From: a virus
Reading direction: 5' to 3' (one strand)
IMG/VR virus record: IMGVR_UViG_3300037493_003260
Span: 1-64,000 of that record
Length of the DNA: 64,000 bases
Shown here: in pieces, positions 8,283 through 17,708 of the stretch
How positions within the stretch are numbered: position 1 is the stretch's first letter
Layout: every line of letters starts with the position of its first letter
Notes under the pieces: generated by a model
What the model was told of the DNA's origin: nothing
The model's database searches: none
What the model saw: only the letters and a program-made list of their open reading frames with translations
Position numbers and translations under genes: made by a program

Positions 8283-9206
8283 TTACGAATTGAAATCTAG
8301 CCTTATGCGAAATCGAAGATTGATTAACCCACTGGGGGATGTTGTAGCAGGAGCAACAATCCTGAACGATATTTGTTTTGCACAGTTGCTTGGTAACGGA
8401 TTAAGAAAAGTATGCGAAATATTGCCACCAATTTGTGTAAATGCCGCTTCAGCGTCATCCACAATGGTATACGTATAATCTACTAAGACCTCTGTGCTAT
8501 AGTTAGGCAAAGTAGTTCCTAGTGTAATATACCCAGAAACAGAATTAAACGTGCCTCCTGTGTAGTAGTTAGTACCAAGTCTGTGAGAGTCTGTATTCAG
8601 ATAGACCCCAGTAACTGTAAGCAAATGCTTATGTGCTGCTGTAAGATGAAGCTCATCGGTAGACGTTTGACGCTCAAGTGACACAGTGACAGGATTACTG
8701 ACTACGCCAGCTGAACGAATACCAAGCCACGCAAATTCTTGAATTTCTGCTCCGAAGTCAGTTCTATCTGGAGTATACGATATTTCAATAGTGCTACTTA
8801 TCATAGGAATTTTTCCGTTTAAGCCGTCTCCAAATAAAATTGTTCCAGCGTTGTAGTCTACGATGTAGACTTCATCTGAAGAAGTCGAAGAATCAAAGGA
8901 AAATACAGCTGACCAGATAACTCCGTTTACTTTGACTACCACAGGATTAAGTGCATCTCCTGAAATGATAGGCGCGTAGGCTACAGTATAAAGTTGCGAA
9001 GGACTACCATCACTGTATCCAGCCAATTCACCAATCAGGCTCATTCCCAGCACAGATAAAGTGATATCCTTAGCGTCCATTGAGCCACTCAAACCTCCTT
9101 TGTCGTTCCAAAGGTAAAAAGGATTATTGGGGTGCTGAAATTCCTGGCCAGCAATGACTCCTGTAAAGACTACGGGATTCCCTGAATTTCCAATCTCAAT
9201 TTCCAT
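8283..9206 (-). CDS. Putative tail/baseplate accessory structural protein
   Basis: V.VNG..W..Y.VDY..G.I.FGDG..G.IP..I.ISY pattern typical of phage baseplate-associated beta domains. Confidence 0.6.
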   Translation of the reverse strand: MEIEIGNSGNPVVFTGVIAGQEFQHPNNPFYLWNDKGGLSGSMDAKDITLSVLGMSLIGELAGYSDGSPSQLYTVAYAPIISGDALNPVVVKVNGVIWSAVFSFDSSTSSDEVYIVDYNAGTILFGDGLNGKIPMISSTIEISYTPDRTDFGAEIQEFAWLGIRSAGVVSNPVTVSLERQTSTDELHLTAAHKHLLTVTGVYLNTDSHRLGTNYYTGGTFNSVSGYITLGTTLPNYSTEVLVDYTYTIVDDAEAAFTQIGGNISHTFLNPLPSNCAKQISFRIVAPATTSPSGLINLRFRIRLDFNS

Positions 9207-9207
9207 A

Positions 9208-9369
9208 TCATTCCACCATGAACAATCTGACGTTAGGTTCTCCTGTAATTATAACAGCAGAAGAGGTAATTTCTATGCTTCTTACTTGAATAATAAACGC
9301 CTGGGCATCTATTGTCTTATGGCTAGTCCCAGACACGTTAGCTTCTGAATCAATAGTTTTTTCACTCAT
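9208..9369 (-). CDS. Unlisted 53-aa protein made of TI-x-S-x-A-x-I repeats
   Basis: Manual translation MSEKTIDSEANVSGTSHKTIDAQAFIIQVRSIEITSSAVIITGEPNVRLFMVE; fills the gap exactly. Confidence 0.8.
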   Translation of the reverse strand: MSEKTIDSEANVSGTSHKTIDAQAFIIQVRSIEITSSAVIITGEPNVRLFMVE

Positions 9370-9370
9370 A

Positions 9371-10717
9371 TTAGATTACCACGTAAAGCGTTAGAACTGG
9401 TTCAATTTTAAAAATCATTGCCGACGACTCAATGGTTTGACTTGCTTCGATGCATATAGACGCTTGAGAGTTAATAGTTTTCCCCGTGGTCGTCTTGATA
9501 TGTGCACCTGAACTAATTGTGTGCTCTGAAACTAATATGATGTTTGCATTGGAGTCAATGCTAATTTGCGGCGAAAGTATATAGCTATCTGAATCAATAG
9601 TTTGTTCATTTGTTTCGCCGCAAAAGGCACTCGATTGTATAGTGAGTTCAGCAGTACTTTTGATTGCTGCGTTTGAGCCTATTGTTATGAATGCCGTGTT
9701 CAATTCAAACATGAACGTGCCAAAGAGCAAGTCTTTTGAATTGGCATTAGAAGACCAAGTACTACCACTATTGGAACTGTCCCAGCGTTGGCCCAAAGCG
9801 TATTCGTCTACAGTATAGTCATTTCCAAGATTATACCGATGCGTTGCATCTACGTTATTAAATTGCAAAACAATTGCATATTCAGTCCCTGCCAGTAACG
9901 TAGCGGGAGTAGTAAACGTTACATCAACAGGTGTTGATGCAGCATCTGTGGGGATGGCTGTATCAACTAAGGATTGCGTGGCAAGAGCACTTCCAACGGG
10001 TTTGTGACTTCCATCAACAGCATAAATAACAACGTCAGTAGTTCCTGTTGTTTGTCCGTCTACTTTTGTTAGCCAGAATCTGATTTTCTTTAATTGTCCT
10101 GCTACCGAAGGAATAAAAGTTTGTGCACGATAAGCTCCTGCAAGAGCCACCTGATACTCAGCTGGATTTCCTGCACGAGAGCCAAAAATCCATTGGTCTA
10201 ATCCAGGTGTTGCTACAGGTACGTCCATTGTAGTTACAAACGCACACGATTTGGGAGAGGCACTAAACCATGTAGAGCCACTATTATTGCTCCAATATAA
10301 TGTTCCTGCAGTGTAGATAGTGTGCGTTGTGCCCCACCACAAATAACCGTAGAGTGCACATGTGCTAGAAGCAACAATTGCATAGACTGTGCCTGATGTT
10401 AAAGCAGCTGGGCTAGAAAACGTGACAAGAAGTTTTGTGTTTCCGTAAGTGCCAGCAGCAGGAACGTTTCCCTTTGGAATAGTTTGTGTGGCTAGCGGGC
10501 TACCAGTTGGCTTTCCACCAGATGTAGCATAAATTTCAATAATTAAATCAGTATTGGCATCTATTCTAGCTATAGCCAAAGAAACCGAAGTTAAATTGCC
10601 AGTTACACTTGGGGTAAAGCCTTGCGCTAGACGATACGTTGTGTTAATATATACGCCAGAGACGGGTAAATTGGTATCCGTCCAAAGCATGCACTGGTCA
10701 TTAGTTAGCGTAGCCAT
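9371..10717 (-). CDS. Putative receptor-binding/decoration protein: two tandem beta domains plus 7 C-terminal 14-aa repeats
   Basis: Internal duplication (AQGFTPSVTG / AQTFIPSVAG; GTVYAIV / GTEYAIV; NSGSTW x2), followed by TIxSxAxI repeats. Confidence 0.7.
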   Translation of the reverse strand: MATLTNDQCMLWTDTNLPVSGVYINTTYRLAQGFTPSVTGNLTSVSLAIARIDANTDLIIEIYATSGGKPTGSPLATQTIPKGNVPAAGTYGNTKLLVTFSSPAALTSGTVYAIVASSTCALYGYLWWGTTHTIYTAGTLYWSNNSGSTWFSASPKSCAFVTTMDVPVATPGLDQWIFGSRAGNPAEYQVALAGAYRAQTFIPSVAGQLKKIRFWLTKVDGQTTGTTDVVIYAVDGSHKPVGSALATQSLVDTAIPTDAASTPVDVTFTTPATLLAGTEYAIVLQFNNVDATHRYNLGNDYTVDEYALGQRWDSSNSGSTWSSNANSKDLLFGTFMFELNTAFITIGSNAAIKSTAELTIQSSAFCGETNEQTIDSDSYILSPQISIDSNANIILVSEHTISSGAHIKTTTGKTINSQASICIEASQTIESSAMIFKIEPVLTLYVVI

Positions 10718-11187
10718 TACGTAATCTCTGCGCCTGACTGAATTGTTTTACTGGTTACAATGATATTATGCTCAATAGCGTCTGCTACTTGAACGTTTAT
10801 TTTATACTGTTGATAATTTGAACGTTCTTGTGTCTCGAATTGAATACCCTCAACTGTCATCTGCCCTTTATAATATATATGTCGCTGAACACTAATTAAA
10901 TGCAGTTGACCTGGCCCCGTACCGATTCCATTGACAAGATTCTGTCTGGATGTTTCCATGTCATCCCAGCTATTTGTTTTATTGAATAGCACTCCAGTCA
11001 ACTCAATTGCACGTTCATTGAGCGACAAATTTTGAACGACTACCCCATCCATTAGCGGCACAGTTATAACAGCAGTACGCTTCCCAGGAGACGGTCTACG
11101 AATCTCTGGCTTAGGAAAGAACACATAGGTTCCTGCGTCTCCGTTATCTCCACGTCTCCATTCAACTCTTACAGGAACAAATGCCAT
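10717..11187 (-). CDS. Putative distal tail protein (Dit-like)
   Basis: 156 aa directly downstream of tape measure; VPLMDG..R.IEL.G pattern. Confidence 0.6.
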   Translation of the reverse strand: MAFVPVRVEWRRGDNGDAGTYVFFPKPEIRRPSPGKRTAVITVPLMDGVVVQNLSLNERAIELTGVLFNKTNSWDDMETSRQNLVNGIGTGPGQLHLISVQRHIYYKGQMTVEGIQFETQERSNYQQYKINVQVADAIEHNIIVTSKTIQSGAEIT

Positions 11188-11199
11188 AGTTAGTTATCC

Positions 11200-12927
11200 T
11201 TAGACTAGCGGGGCTGCCGCTTTATTTTCTTTTGAAGCTGTCACTGCGTTATTACGAAATAACGAAGCAATTATACTAGGCAACCCTGTAATAACTGCAT
11301 TCCGTACGGCTGTCTGAATTGCTTCTGGCGGCAGATTGAAGTCAATCTGAACATTAAATTTAGGTTGCACCTGGGCCTTGATAGCAGTTTCAATTTCTGC
11401 CCCCATGGCACCATATAGAGCCTTGACCTTACTTAAATCAGACATACCGCTAATATCAGCCATCTTTGTTTTGATGGAGTCTAACGCAATGTCTACTCCG
11501 CTAAATAACGATGAGTAGTTTACGCCAATTTGAGCAAGCATATTAGCTAGATTCTGAGAAATCCCGTAACTTTTGCTAAGTTCTGTTGCTAGTTGCCGCA
11601 CAGGAACATTGGCTTGCTGAGCAGCCTTAACAAGGTCGAGAGCACCTTTAACTTGCCCAAGAAAACCCTTTTTGTCGTTTGCGCCTGACTCGCGTTCACG
11701 CTGTGCATCAAATACTGCTTTTGCGGCTTTCTTAGTTGCAGTAACACGGTCACTCAAAAGCGTCTGAAGTTCTCTCGTAGACCATTGGTAAGACTGTATT
11801 AAAGCTATTTGTTCTTTGCTTAATACATCAACACCATCTCCTTCAGCTACTACCAAGAGGTCTTCTATTTTAGCAAGGTCTCTAGCCATTTGTTGCCGTT
11901 CGTCACGCGTTTTACCCAATCTAAGGGTTGCAAGTTCTAATTCTTTGTCAAAATTAAAGGTAAATTCTTTTCCAGGAGATAACGCCTTTTGAACATCCTG
12001 AACTCCTGTAGCCATCCTAGTTAATAAAGCTATGAAACTTGATAGTCCTGTGCTAGCTAGTAATACTTTTTTAGTTGCATCACTTGTATAAACTAATTCT
12101 CCTGAGTAATTTGCAAGTCCCTTTGATGCTTTATGAAGTCCTTGTACTAAATCTAAAACAAATGTGGCACCCAATATTTTGACATCAGCAATTAATTTTA
12201 AAATGGGTAGGCCAAAAGCTCCTATGCTTTCCTGTGTTTGCTTTTGTACATTTTGTAATAGCTGCAGTTTGCCCGCATAAGTACTAAGTTCATTCGAGGC
12301 GGCCCCTTTGAATTTTTTAGCCAACAAGTCCATTAGAGTTCCTTGTCTAACTGCTTGCTGAATATCAGCCTGTCTAAGGTCTGTTACCTGGGTAAGAATT
12401 CGTGTATATCCTGCCTGTGCCCTGTTTAGAATATTAGTAGCAGTGACCAAATCCATTCCAGTTGCTGCTGCAAAATCTTGTGCAACTGAAACTTGCTTTA
12501 ATGCTAATCGTAAATCTCCTGTGCGCCTAGCCGCAACAGTAACAGCAGATTGAATTTGCTCAGCTGAAAATCTTGTTTTTCGGCTGGCCGTGTCTGCAAA
12601 TTGAGTTACAAGAGATATGTTTTCTTTGGAACTTTTTCCTATGAGTCCCAACTGTGTTCGCATTCGACTGAATGTTACCTCAGCCCTCCCTGCTGCAGGA
12701 GCTGCTTGTACTAAAAATTTAAGAAGGCCAAATCCAGCTTTAGCAATATCAGCAGCAATTAATAAACCAAAAATACGTCCAAGTATTTTACCTTGAACAG
12801 CAAATTTTGCTATTCCTACAGACAGTTTTCCAACCCAGCCAAGCGTAGACGCAAAGCTACCAGCGGCTTCTCGGAAACCTGTACTGTCAAAAACACTGGC
12901 TATTCTAAAAAGAAGACTTGATGCCAT
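11200..12927 (-). CDS. Tail tape measure protein
   Basis: Ala/Leu/Lys-rich helical protein after tail chaperones; TRFSAEQI..VAQDFAAATGMDL..A motif. Confidence 0.85.
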   Translation of the reverse strand: MASSLLFRIASVFDSTGFREAAGSFASTLGWVGKLSVGIAKFAVQGKILGRIFGLLIAADIAKAGFGLLKFLVQAAPAAGRAEVTFSRMRTQLGLIGKSSKENISLVTQFADTASRKTRFSAEQIQSAVTVAARRTGDLRLALKQVSVAQDFAAATGMDLVTATNILNRAQAGYTRILTQVTDLRQADIQQAVRQGTLMDLLAKKFKGAASNELSTYAGKLQLLQNVQKQTQESIGAFGLPILKLIADVKILGATFVLDLVQGLHKASKGLANYSGELVYTSDATKKVLLASTGLSSFIALLTRMATGVQDVQKALSPGKEFTFNFDKELELATLRLGKTRDERQQMARDLAKIEDLLVVAEGDGVDVLSKEQIALIQSYQWSTRELQTLLSDRVTATKKAAKAVFDAQRERESGANDKKGFLGQVKGALDLVKAAQQANVPVRQLATELSKSYGISQNLANMLAQIGVNYSSLFSGVDIALDSIKTKMADISGMSDLSKVKALYGAMGAEIETAIKAQVQPKFNVQIDFNLPPEAIQTAVRNAVITGLPSIIASLFRNNAVTASKENKAAAPLV

Positions 12928-12942
12928 TGCGTATTGCTCCTG

Positions 12943-13185
12943 TTATCCTTCTTCTATAATTCTAAAAGTTGTAGCTTTCTTGGAAGGTCCTGAATGCAGA
13001 CCGCTTCCGACAGCCTCCGAGGTAGCTTCCTCGATGGCTTTATTCATTTTTGCATTAGCGTAGACAAGCACTTTGAATTGCTCAAAAGGCATGTCTTCAA
13101 TGCAGTCAGTTTTAAATACTTTATATCCTAAGGAGTGTGCCACGTTGAACTGAATGGAAAACTGTGGACTCCCTATTAGTTTTTT
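12943..13185 (-). CDS. Tail assembly chaperone, -1 frameshift extension (gpT-like)
   Basis: Open -1 frame from slippery A-AAA-AAC through KLIGSPQFSIQFNVAHSLG into ORF 12943..13143. Confidence 0.8.
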   Translation of the reverse strand, partial: KKLIGSPQFSIQFNVAHSLGYKVFKTDCIEDMPFEQFKVLVYANAKMNKAIEEATSEAVGSGLHSGPSKKATTFRIIEEG

Positions 13186-13745
13186 AGTTCAGTGTCCGTG
13201 AGTACGAAATGTTGCTCCCAACGATTGTAAAGACTATAGATTGTAGCTTCTTCAATGGCAGCTACATCTTCCAGGGTATCAAAGTAACGCCTATTGGGAT
13301 TCTCTTTCTTCTTTAAGACACAAAAAACCGTCATGTATCGTTCTTCTGCAGCTACACGGGCCATAACAATGTCTATATTAAACTTGTACTCCTGGAAGTG
13401 TACAACTGCTTCCGTGATAGCTGCTTTGATGTCATTGACATCTCGATACGTAAGCGGGCTTAAAATGCCCTCAATGCTATCAGCCTCAAGTTTGATTAGC
13501 TCAGCCTTTGCTTCTTCAGCACGGGCTTGTGCTTTGACTTTTTCTGACTCGTCTAGCTTTGGCATGGCCTCTTCGATTGAGAATAACTCAGTCTCTAAGG
13601 CTTCTACTAACGATGTATGACGGTAAACATTAACTAAAAACGGCTTTTTATGGAGTTTCTGAAGTGCATTGGTAACAGCTTGTTCTTTTACCAGGCCATC
13701 CACAAACGCCTTATCTTCCTTTTTACTTTCATTTTCTTTTTCCAT
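13176..13745 (-). CDS. Tail assembly chaperone (gpG-like)
   Basis: Between tail tube and tape measure; start reset to MEKENES after GGGAGG; ends ...ELKN on slippery site. Confidence 0.8.
   Translation of the reverse strand: MEKENESKKEDKAFVDGLVKEQAVTNALQKLHKKPFLVNVYRHTSLVEALETELFSIEEAMPKLDESEKVKAQARAEEAKAELIKLEADSIEGILSPLTYRDVNDIKAAITEAVVHFQEYKFNIDIVMARVAAEERYMTVFCVLKKKENPNRRYFDTLEDVAAIEEATIYSLYNRWEQHFVLTDTELKN
13179..13185 (-). other. Programmed -1 ribosomal frameshift site AAAAAAC
   Basis: CTA AAA AAC TAA, X-XXY-YYZ heptamer in the canonical G/GT position. Confidence 0.8.
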
Positions 13746-13766
13746 AACACCCTCCCGAAGTGTTAG

Positions 13767-13806
13767 GGTGCTGGTCAAGCAGTCGGGAGCCGCTTGACCA
13801 GTCACC
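13767..13806 (-). terminator. Stem-loop after tail tube gene (attenuator/stabiliser)
   Basis: CTGGTCAAGC / GCTTGACCAG 10-bp stem; no clear U tract. Confidence 0.5.
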
Positions 13807-13834
13807 CTTATGTGTGCACAACTACAACTGCAAT

Positions 13835-14599
13835 TTAGCCGAGGTATGCAGTAAACGCCTCAAAAACATCATTCGCTCCAAAATCAGCTTTTGGAACTTG
13901 CACCTTGCTTCCTGTTACGATGGCACCAATGTACTCAGCACCGTTTTTCAACACGTAAATCAGTGACTGGCCGTCCAAAGCGGACTTGGCTGCACTTACG
14001 GTTTGCGGAGTATTATCGACAGTCCATTCATAGTAGTCGTCGCCAGTATCAATTGCAGCAACTTTATCGGCTCTGGAGTTGGCTACATTTTGAGGAAACG
14101 CCGTGCTAGAAGCACGTAGTGCCCTCGTGTATTCCAACGCCACACCTTTCAAACGAAGTACATTCACAGCAACGCCGCTGCGAGAAATCGTGGCTTCATC
14201 TCTTACAGGTTCAGCAACTGCAGCACCCGTCAACCGCACACCTTTGCAAAGCACGGACTGAAAAATCGAATTATCGCTTTTCTTCCGCACGTTCACTACG
14301 ATGCACAGGTCCTTATATTGAGATGGGTCATCCACGGTCGCCGTGGCATTCGGGTCAAGGTCATTGACCACTGCATCGACCAGTTTGCTATCTGAATCAA
14401 AGTGGTCAAAGCGAACTTCAACCCCATTGAAGTTTGTTACAATAGCTACAGCTTCAGGGCTATCGAACTCGAATATCCGCTTCTCATCAAAAGCAGGTGT
14501 GTAATCAAAGGTCTGTGCAAGTGGCACCCGCACAGCTCCATGATTGGCACTCACTAGCTCAATCTTTGTTTGTGTTCCAACAACGAATTCAATCGACAT
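13835..14599 (-). CDS. Major tail tube protein with C-terminal accessory domain
   Basis: Position between tail terminator and chaperones, AAGGAG SD, followed by hairpin. Confidence 0.75.
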   Translation of the reverse strand: MSIEFVVGTQTKIELVSANHGAVRVPLAQTFDYTPAFDEKRIFEFDSPEAVAIVTNFNGVEVRFDHFDSDSKLVDAVVNDLDPNATATVDDPSQYKDLCIVVNVRKKSDNSIFQSVLCKGVRLTGAAVAEPVRDEATISRSGVAVNVLRLKGVALEYTRALRASSTAFPQNVANSRADKVAAIDTGDDYYEWTVDNTPQTVSAAKSALDGQSLIYVLKNGAEYIGAIVTGSKVQVPKADFGANDVFEAFTAYLG

Positions 14600-15114
14600 C
14601 TTTGTTTCTCCTTATTCTTTAGTTTATTTTTTACGATTCTTTCACAGTGTCTGATGAAATCAGAAACTGAAAATTTCAACTTCATTTTGTTACATCTTCC
14701 ACAGCAGGGGGCTACGTTATCGAGAATATAACCCTTACTGTTATCAACTCGGTCCAATCCGATTGTTTCGATTTCCAAGCCACAATACGTACACGGCCTT
14801 TGCCAAAAGGTTATAAACTGCTCAAAGGATAGCTCGAATAGCCTATTGTCAGCCTTGGCATTCTGCACGTATGAGCCATAACGACCTTTAGGACTTTGGC
14901 TATGTCTCACCCGTGTTAACTTAGTTTGAAGAGGATGCTTTTTGTTATACGCTGACGAAATACGAATCCCTTCTTCTTGATGCCTGCTGCAATGGTTCCT
15001 TCTCTTTGCTTTAGTGCACTCTTGACATTCAGGACGTAAATTATTGTAAACTCCTGAGCAGGCATAAAATTGAGACTCGTCTTTTACTTCCTTGCAGCGG
15101 CAACACTTTTTCAT
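14554..15114 (-). CDS. Free-standing HNH-like homing endonuclease
   Basis: N-terminal CxxC pairs; CTYCG..GLDRVDNSKGY..N..CC..CN. Confidence 0.85.
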   Translation of the reverse strand: MKKCCRCKEVKDESQFYACSGVYNNLRPECQECTKAKRRNHCSRHQEEGIRISSAYNKKHPLQTKLTRVRHSQSPKGRYGSYVQNAKADNRLFELSFEQFITFWQRPCTYCGLEIETIGLDRVDNSKGYILDNVAPCCGRCNKMKLKFSVSDFIRHCERIVKNKLKNKEKQRCRLNSLLEHKQRLS

Positions 15115-15692
15115 ACTATCTCGGCATCCGTTTTGATAGTCTTAAATTTTGTTCTTTGTGACAACTCTAACCAAAAAATCCTAACCAGAAGCACATACCG
15201 TTTCAAGTTTTGATTTTGCGGGTCTACTAAAAGCTTTTCGTTTATTGCATTGCTGTTGTTATCTACCCATAGATAACCAATCTGTGGCTTATCGGGGTGT
15301 CCGTAATCCACCAAGGGAATACGACTCACGCTCAAAGCATCTATTACTCGGTCTCTGAAATTACGTACCTTATTGGTAGCAGCCGAGTAATCTGCACTAT
15401 CCTGGTCAGTGCATACTATCTCTATCAATGTTTGATTTTTCGTGCCATAAATCGGGTCATCTCCATCGAATCCGATTAAGCGGTCAAACGCTATTTCGCC
15501 ATAATTAAAAAGGCCAATTTCAGTAATACTGATTGCGGGCGTAGTCAATGGAGCAATAGGAAAATCAAACAGCCAGTAAAATTCCTTGCCAGCAGGCAAT
15601 GGAGGAATGCCTATATGGCCACCCTGAATTGTATGGGTTAGCCAATAGTTCAATGAAGCGATTAAATTTTCTTTTCCATGGAATTTTCTCAT
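15111..15692 (-). CDS. Putative tail terminator protein
   Basis: Position upstream of tail tube; FP..PAISI pattern. Confidence 0.6.
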   Translation of the reverse strand: MRKFHGKENLIASLNYWLTHTIQGGHIGIPPLPAGKEFYWLFDFPIAPLTTPAISITEIGLFNYGEIAFDRLIGFDGDDPIYGTKNQTLIEIVCTDQDSADYSAATNKVRNFRDRVIDALSVSRIPLVDYGHPDKPQIGYLWVDNNSNAINEKLLVDPQNQNLKRYVLLVRIFWLELSQRTKFKTIKTDAEIV

Positions 15693-15733
15693 TTTATATG
15701 TCCAAACCTATCCGCTACTTTACAGCTTTGTCT

Positions 15734-16348
15734 TCAATTGGGTATCTCCTGAACCTCAGGGGGAGGTACAACAGCTCCAGCTTTTTCCATACGAGCAAGC
15801 CACTGCGAAAAGTATTTCTCAAACCAATGTTCTGCTTTGTACAATGCAATATCCGTAAAATGCCGCCCTGGTATAGAGCCAGTACCAAAATCCATAGCAT
15901 CTTTATAGGGTACGGTGTTTTCGATAGCAACCTCAGTGGTTTTAGGTAGGCCGTCTTCTAATTGCGAAAACGCTTTGCCTTCTGCTACTTGGGTAGAATC
16001 AGGGGCATAACTTCGGTATTCTTCGGTCTTGTTTCCTTTTTTCCAGGCTCCGTACAAACTGGTATCGAATATCTGCTTAGAATAGTCGATTTGATATTTG
16101 TCAAGGTAAGCCGTCCAGCCACCCCGTAGTTTTCCTGTGTGTAACGGTGTAACCCGTATGAGGTACTTGTGGCAAACTCCCACTAAATCCTTGTAAAGTT
16201 TGCGATAATACTCGCCAAACTTTGCGAGAGACTTTTCCAAGTCTTTCACTTGTTTAGGATTAGCCACGGATATAGAAAGCCTCAGGGTGCCGCTACCTGC
16301 CTGTTCGGATGCTGAAGGTACCATGACCCCAAACAATCTGTCGGCCAT
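15734..16348 (-). CDS. HK97 gp10-like neck/tail completion protein
   Basis: TPLHTGKLRGGW and IENTVPY..DFGT motifs. Confidence 0.75.
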   Translation of the reverse strand: MADRLFGVMVPSASEQAGSGTLRLSISVANPKQVKDLEKSLAKFGEYYRKLYKDLVGVCHKYLIRVTPLHTGKLRGGWTAYLDKYQIDYSKQIFDTSLYGAWKKGNKTEEYRSYAPDSTQVAEGKAFSQLEDGLPKTTEVAIENTVPYKDAMDFGTGSIPGRHFTDIALYKAEHWFEKYFSQWLARMEKAGAVVPPPEVQEIPN

Positions 16349-16779
16349 TAAGCATTCCCCACTTTTCTAAGAACATAGATGAATGCTTTGTCACGGGCAA
16401 TTAGCGTTTCAGGGTCAAGGCGGCCAACTATTCGATATTCATGTTCACGATAACGAATGCGGTCCCCTTGGCTAGTACCGCCTGTCTGTACAGCGGAATC
16501 CACAAAATTAAGTTTTTGTGTTAATGAAATACGCAAATCTCCAATTTGATAGATGCCACCTGAATAAAGAACGTCGCTAGCTGTCACAGAATCAATAACA
16601 GCCTTCACAGGTGTAATTTTGTAGGCATATTTTGCCTGCACACCATTAAGAGGGTCCCCAGCATCTGCAACGCCCGTGTACTGTTTTAAATACACTTTTT
16701 CTCCATATGGAACGTTTACATCCCGTATACAGTCGTTAACAAAAGCCTGGTCTTTTTCTGAAAACTGCTCTCCTGTCAT
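16348..16779 (-). CDS. Putative head closure (stopper) protein
   Basis: 143 aa beta-rich, GDRIRY...YRI pattern, neck position. Confidence 0.65.
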   Translation of the reverse strand: MTGEQFSEKDQAFVNDCIRDVNVPYGEKVYLKQYTGVADAGDPLNGVQAKYAYKITPVKAVIDSVTASDVLYSGGIYQIGDLRISLTQKLNFVDSAVQTGGTSQGDRIRYREHEYRIVGRLDPETLIARDKAFIYVLRKVGNA

Positions 16780-16791
16780 GCTAGTTTCCTT

Positions 16792-16998
16792 TTAAGCCGC
16801 TGTGGGTGGCTCAGTTGGTTTTTGTAACATTTTGTCAAACTCTGCTTTAGGAACGTCAACCCTGCCAGATTTAGAGAACAAATGTACAATCGTCCGTCCA
16901 TCGTCTGTCTTAGTTTCGCCCTTCTTGATTGCTTCCAGGTCTGCATCCGTAAAGTCTATTCGCTGACCTTTTACAACTACCGAGTAAATCTTTGTCAT
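16792..16998 (-). CDS. Hypothetical protein
   Basis: Tiled ORF with AAGGCGG SD. Confidence 0.65.
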   Translation of the reverse strand: MTKIYSVVVKGQRIDFTDADLEAIKKGETKTDDGRTIVHLFSKSGRVDVPKAEFDKMLQKPTEPPTAA

Positions 16999-17013
16999 GT
17001 TGTACCGCCTTTT

Positions 17014-17706
17014 CTATATGATTTGTGAATTTGATTGAATCGTATCCGTGCCAGTAAAACGCGGCAAAATACGATTCGTTTTGTTGAATGTTCGTAATAC
17101 GTTAATCTCTGCCTGTAACTGTACTTCGTTTTGTTCAATAATTGCATTCAATTGTCCAACTATGTTTGTCTTGTTGATTGAACGTCCTGCGACAGACACC
17201 GAGAAATAATCACGTGCTTCAATCATTAAAGCCTTCAGGACATTTGTGTAAAGCCGCTTACAAATGGCTACTGCGTAATCGTGGGGAATCTGCTCTGAAC
17301 TAATTGGCCTATAAATAAGAACAGAAATTTCTCGCAAAGCCATCCAAGCAAACCTGGAAAGTTGCTCTGCTGTAAAAGGAAAACAGTTATAATCTGCTTG
17401 GATTATATCTGTGGTTGCTACAGGGAATGTTACTGTTCCGCCCGTTAGACTCACTGTGTAGTCAGTACCTTCAAACTGTAAGGTCTCCACTCCTAAGTCA
17501 TTAATGGCAGTAATTCTTGGTGATGGATTTGCATTCCAATCGCCGTGTTTGGCAGTGAATATCGTGCCTGTGGCATTGGGGCGTAAGTCTTCTCCGACTA
17601 TTCTAATAAATAGCATAGAAAGCAGCTGCGTTTTGCAGTGCAAAGCTAATTGGGTAATGCTCATTGGCACCCCTGAAGCTGGTGTCAGATATACCGTCTG
17701 TGTCAT
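17014..17706 (-). CDS. Putative head-tail adaptor with inserted beta domain
   Basis: Helical adaptor-like pattern upstream of stopper, with EGTDYTV..GTVTF..I.ADY insert. Confidence 0.6.
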   Translation of the reverse strand: MTQTVYLTPASGVPMSITQLALHCKTQLLSMLFIRIVGEDLRPNATGTIFTAKHGDWNANPSPRITAINDLGVETLQFEGTDYTVSLTGGTVTFPVATTDIIQADYNCFPFTAEQLSRFAWMALREISVLIYRPISSEQIPHDYAVAICKRLYTNVLKALMIEARDYFSVSVAGRSINKTNIVGQLNAIIEQNEVQLQAEINVLRTFNKTNRILPRFTGTDTIQSNSQII

Positions 17707-17708
17707 GT

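Noticed and set aside
10717-16779. Contractile tail
   Set aside because: No sheath or baseplate wedge gene is recognisable; the layout is siphovirus-like
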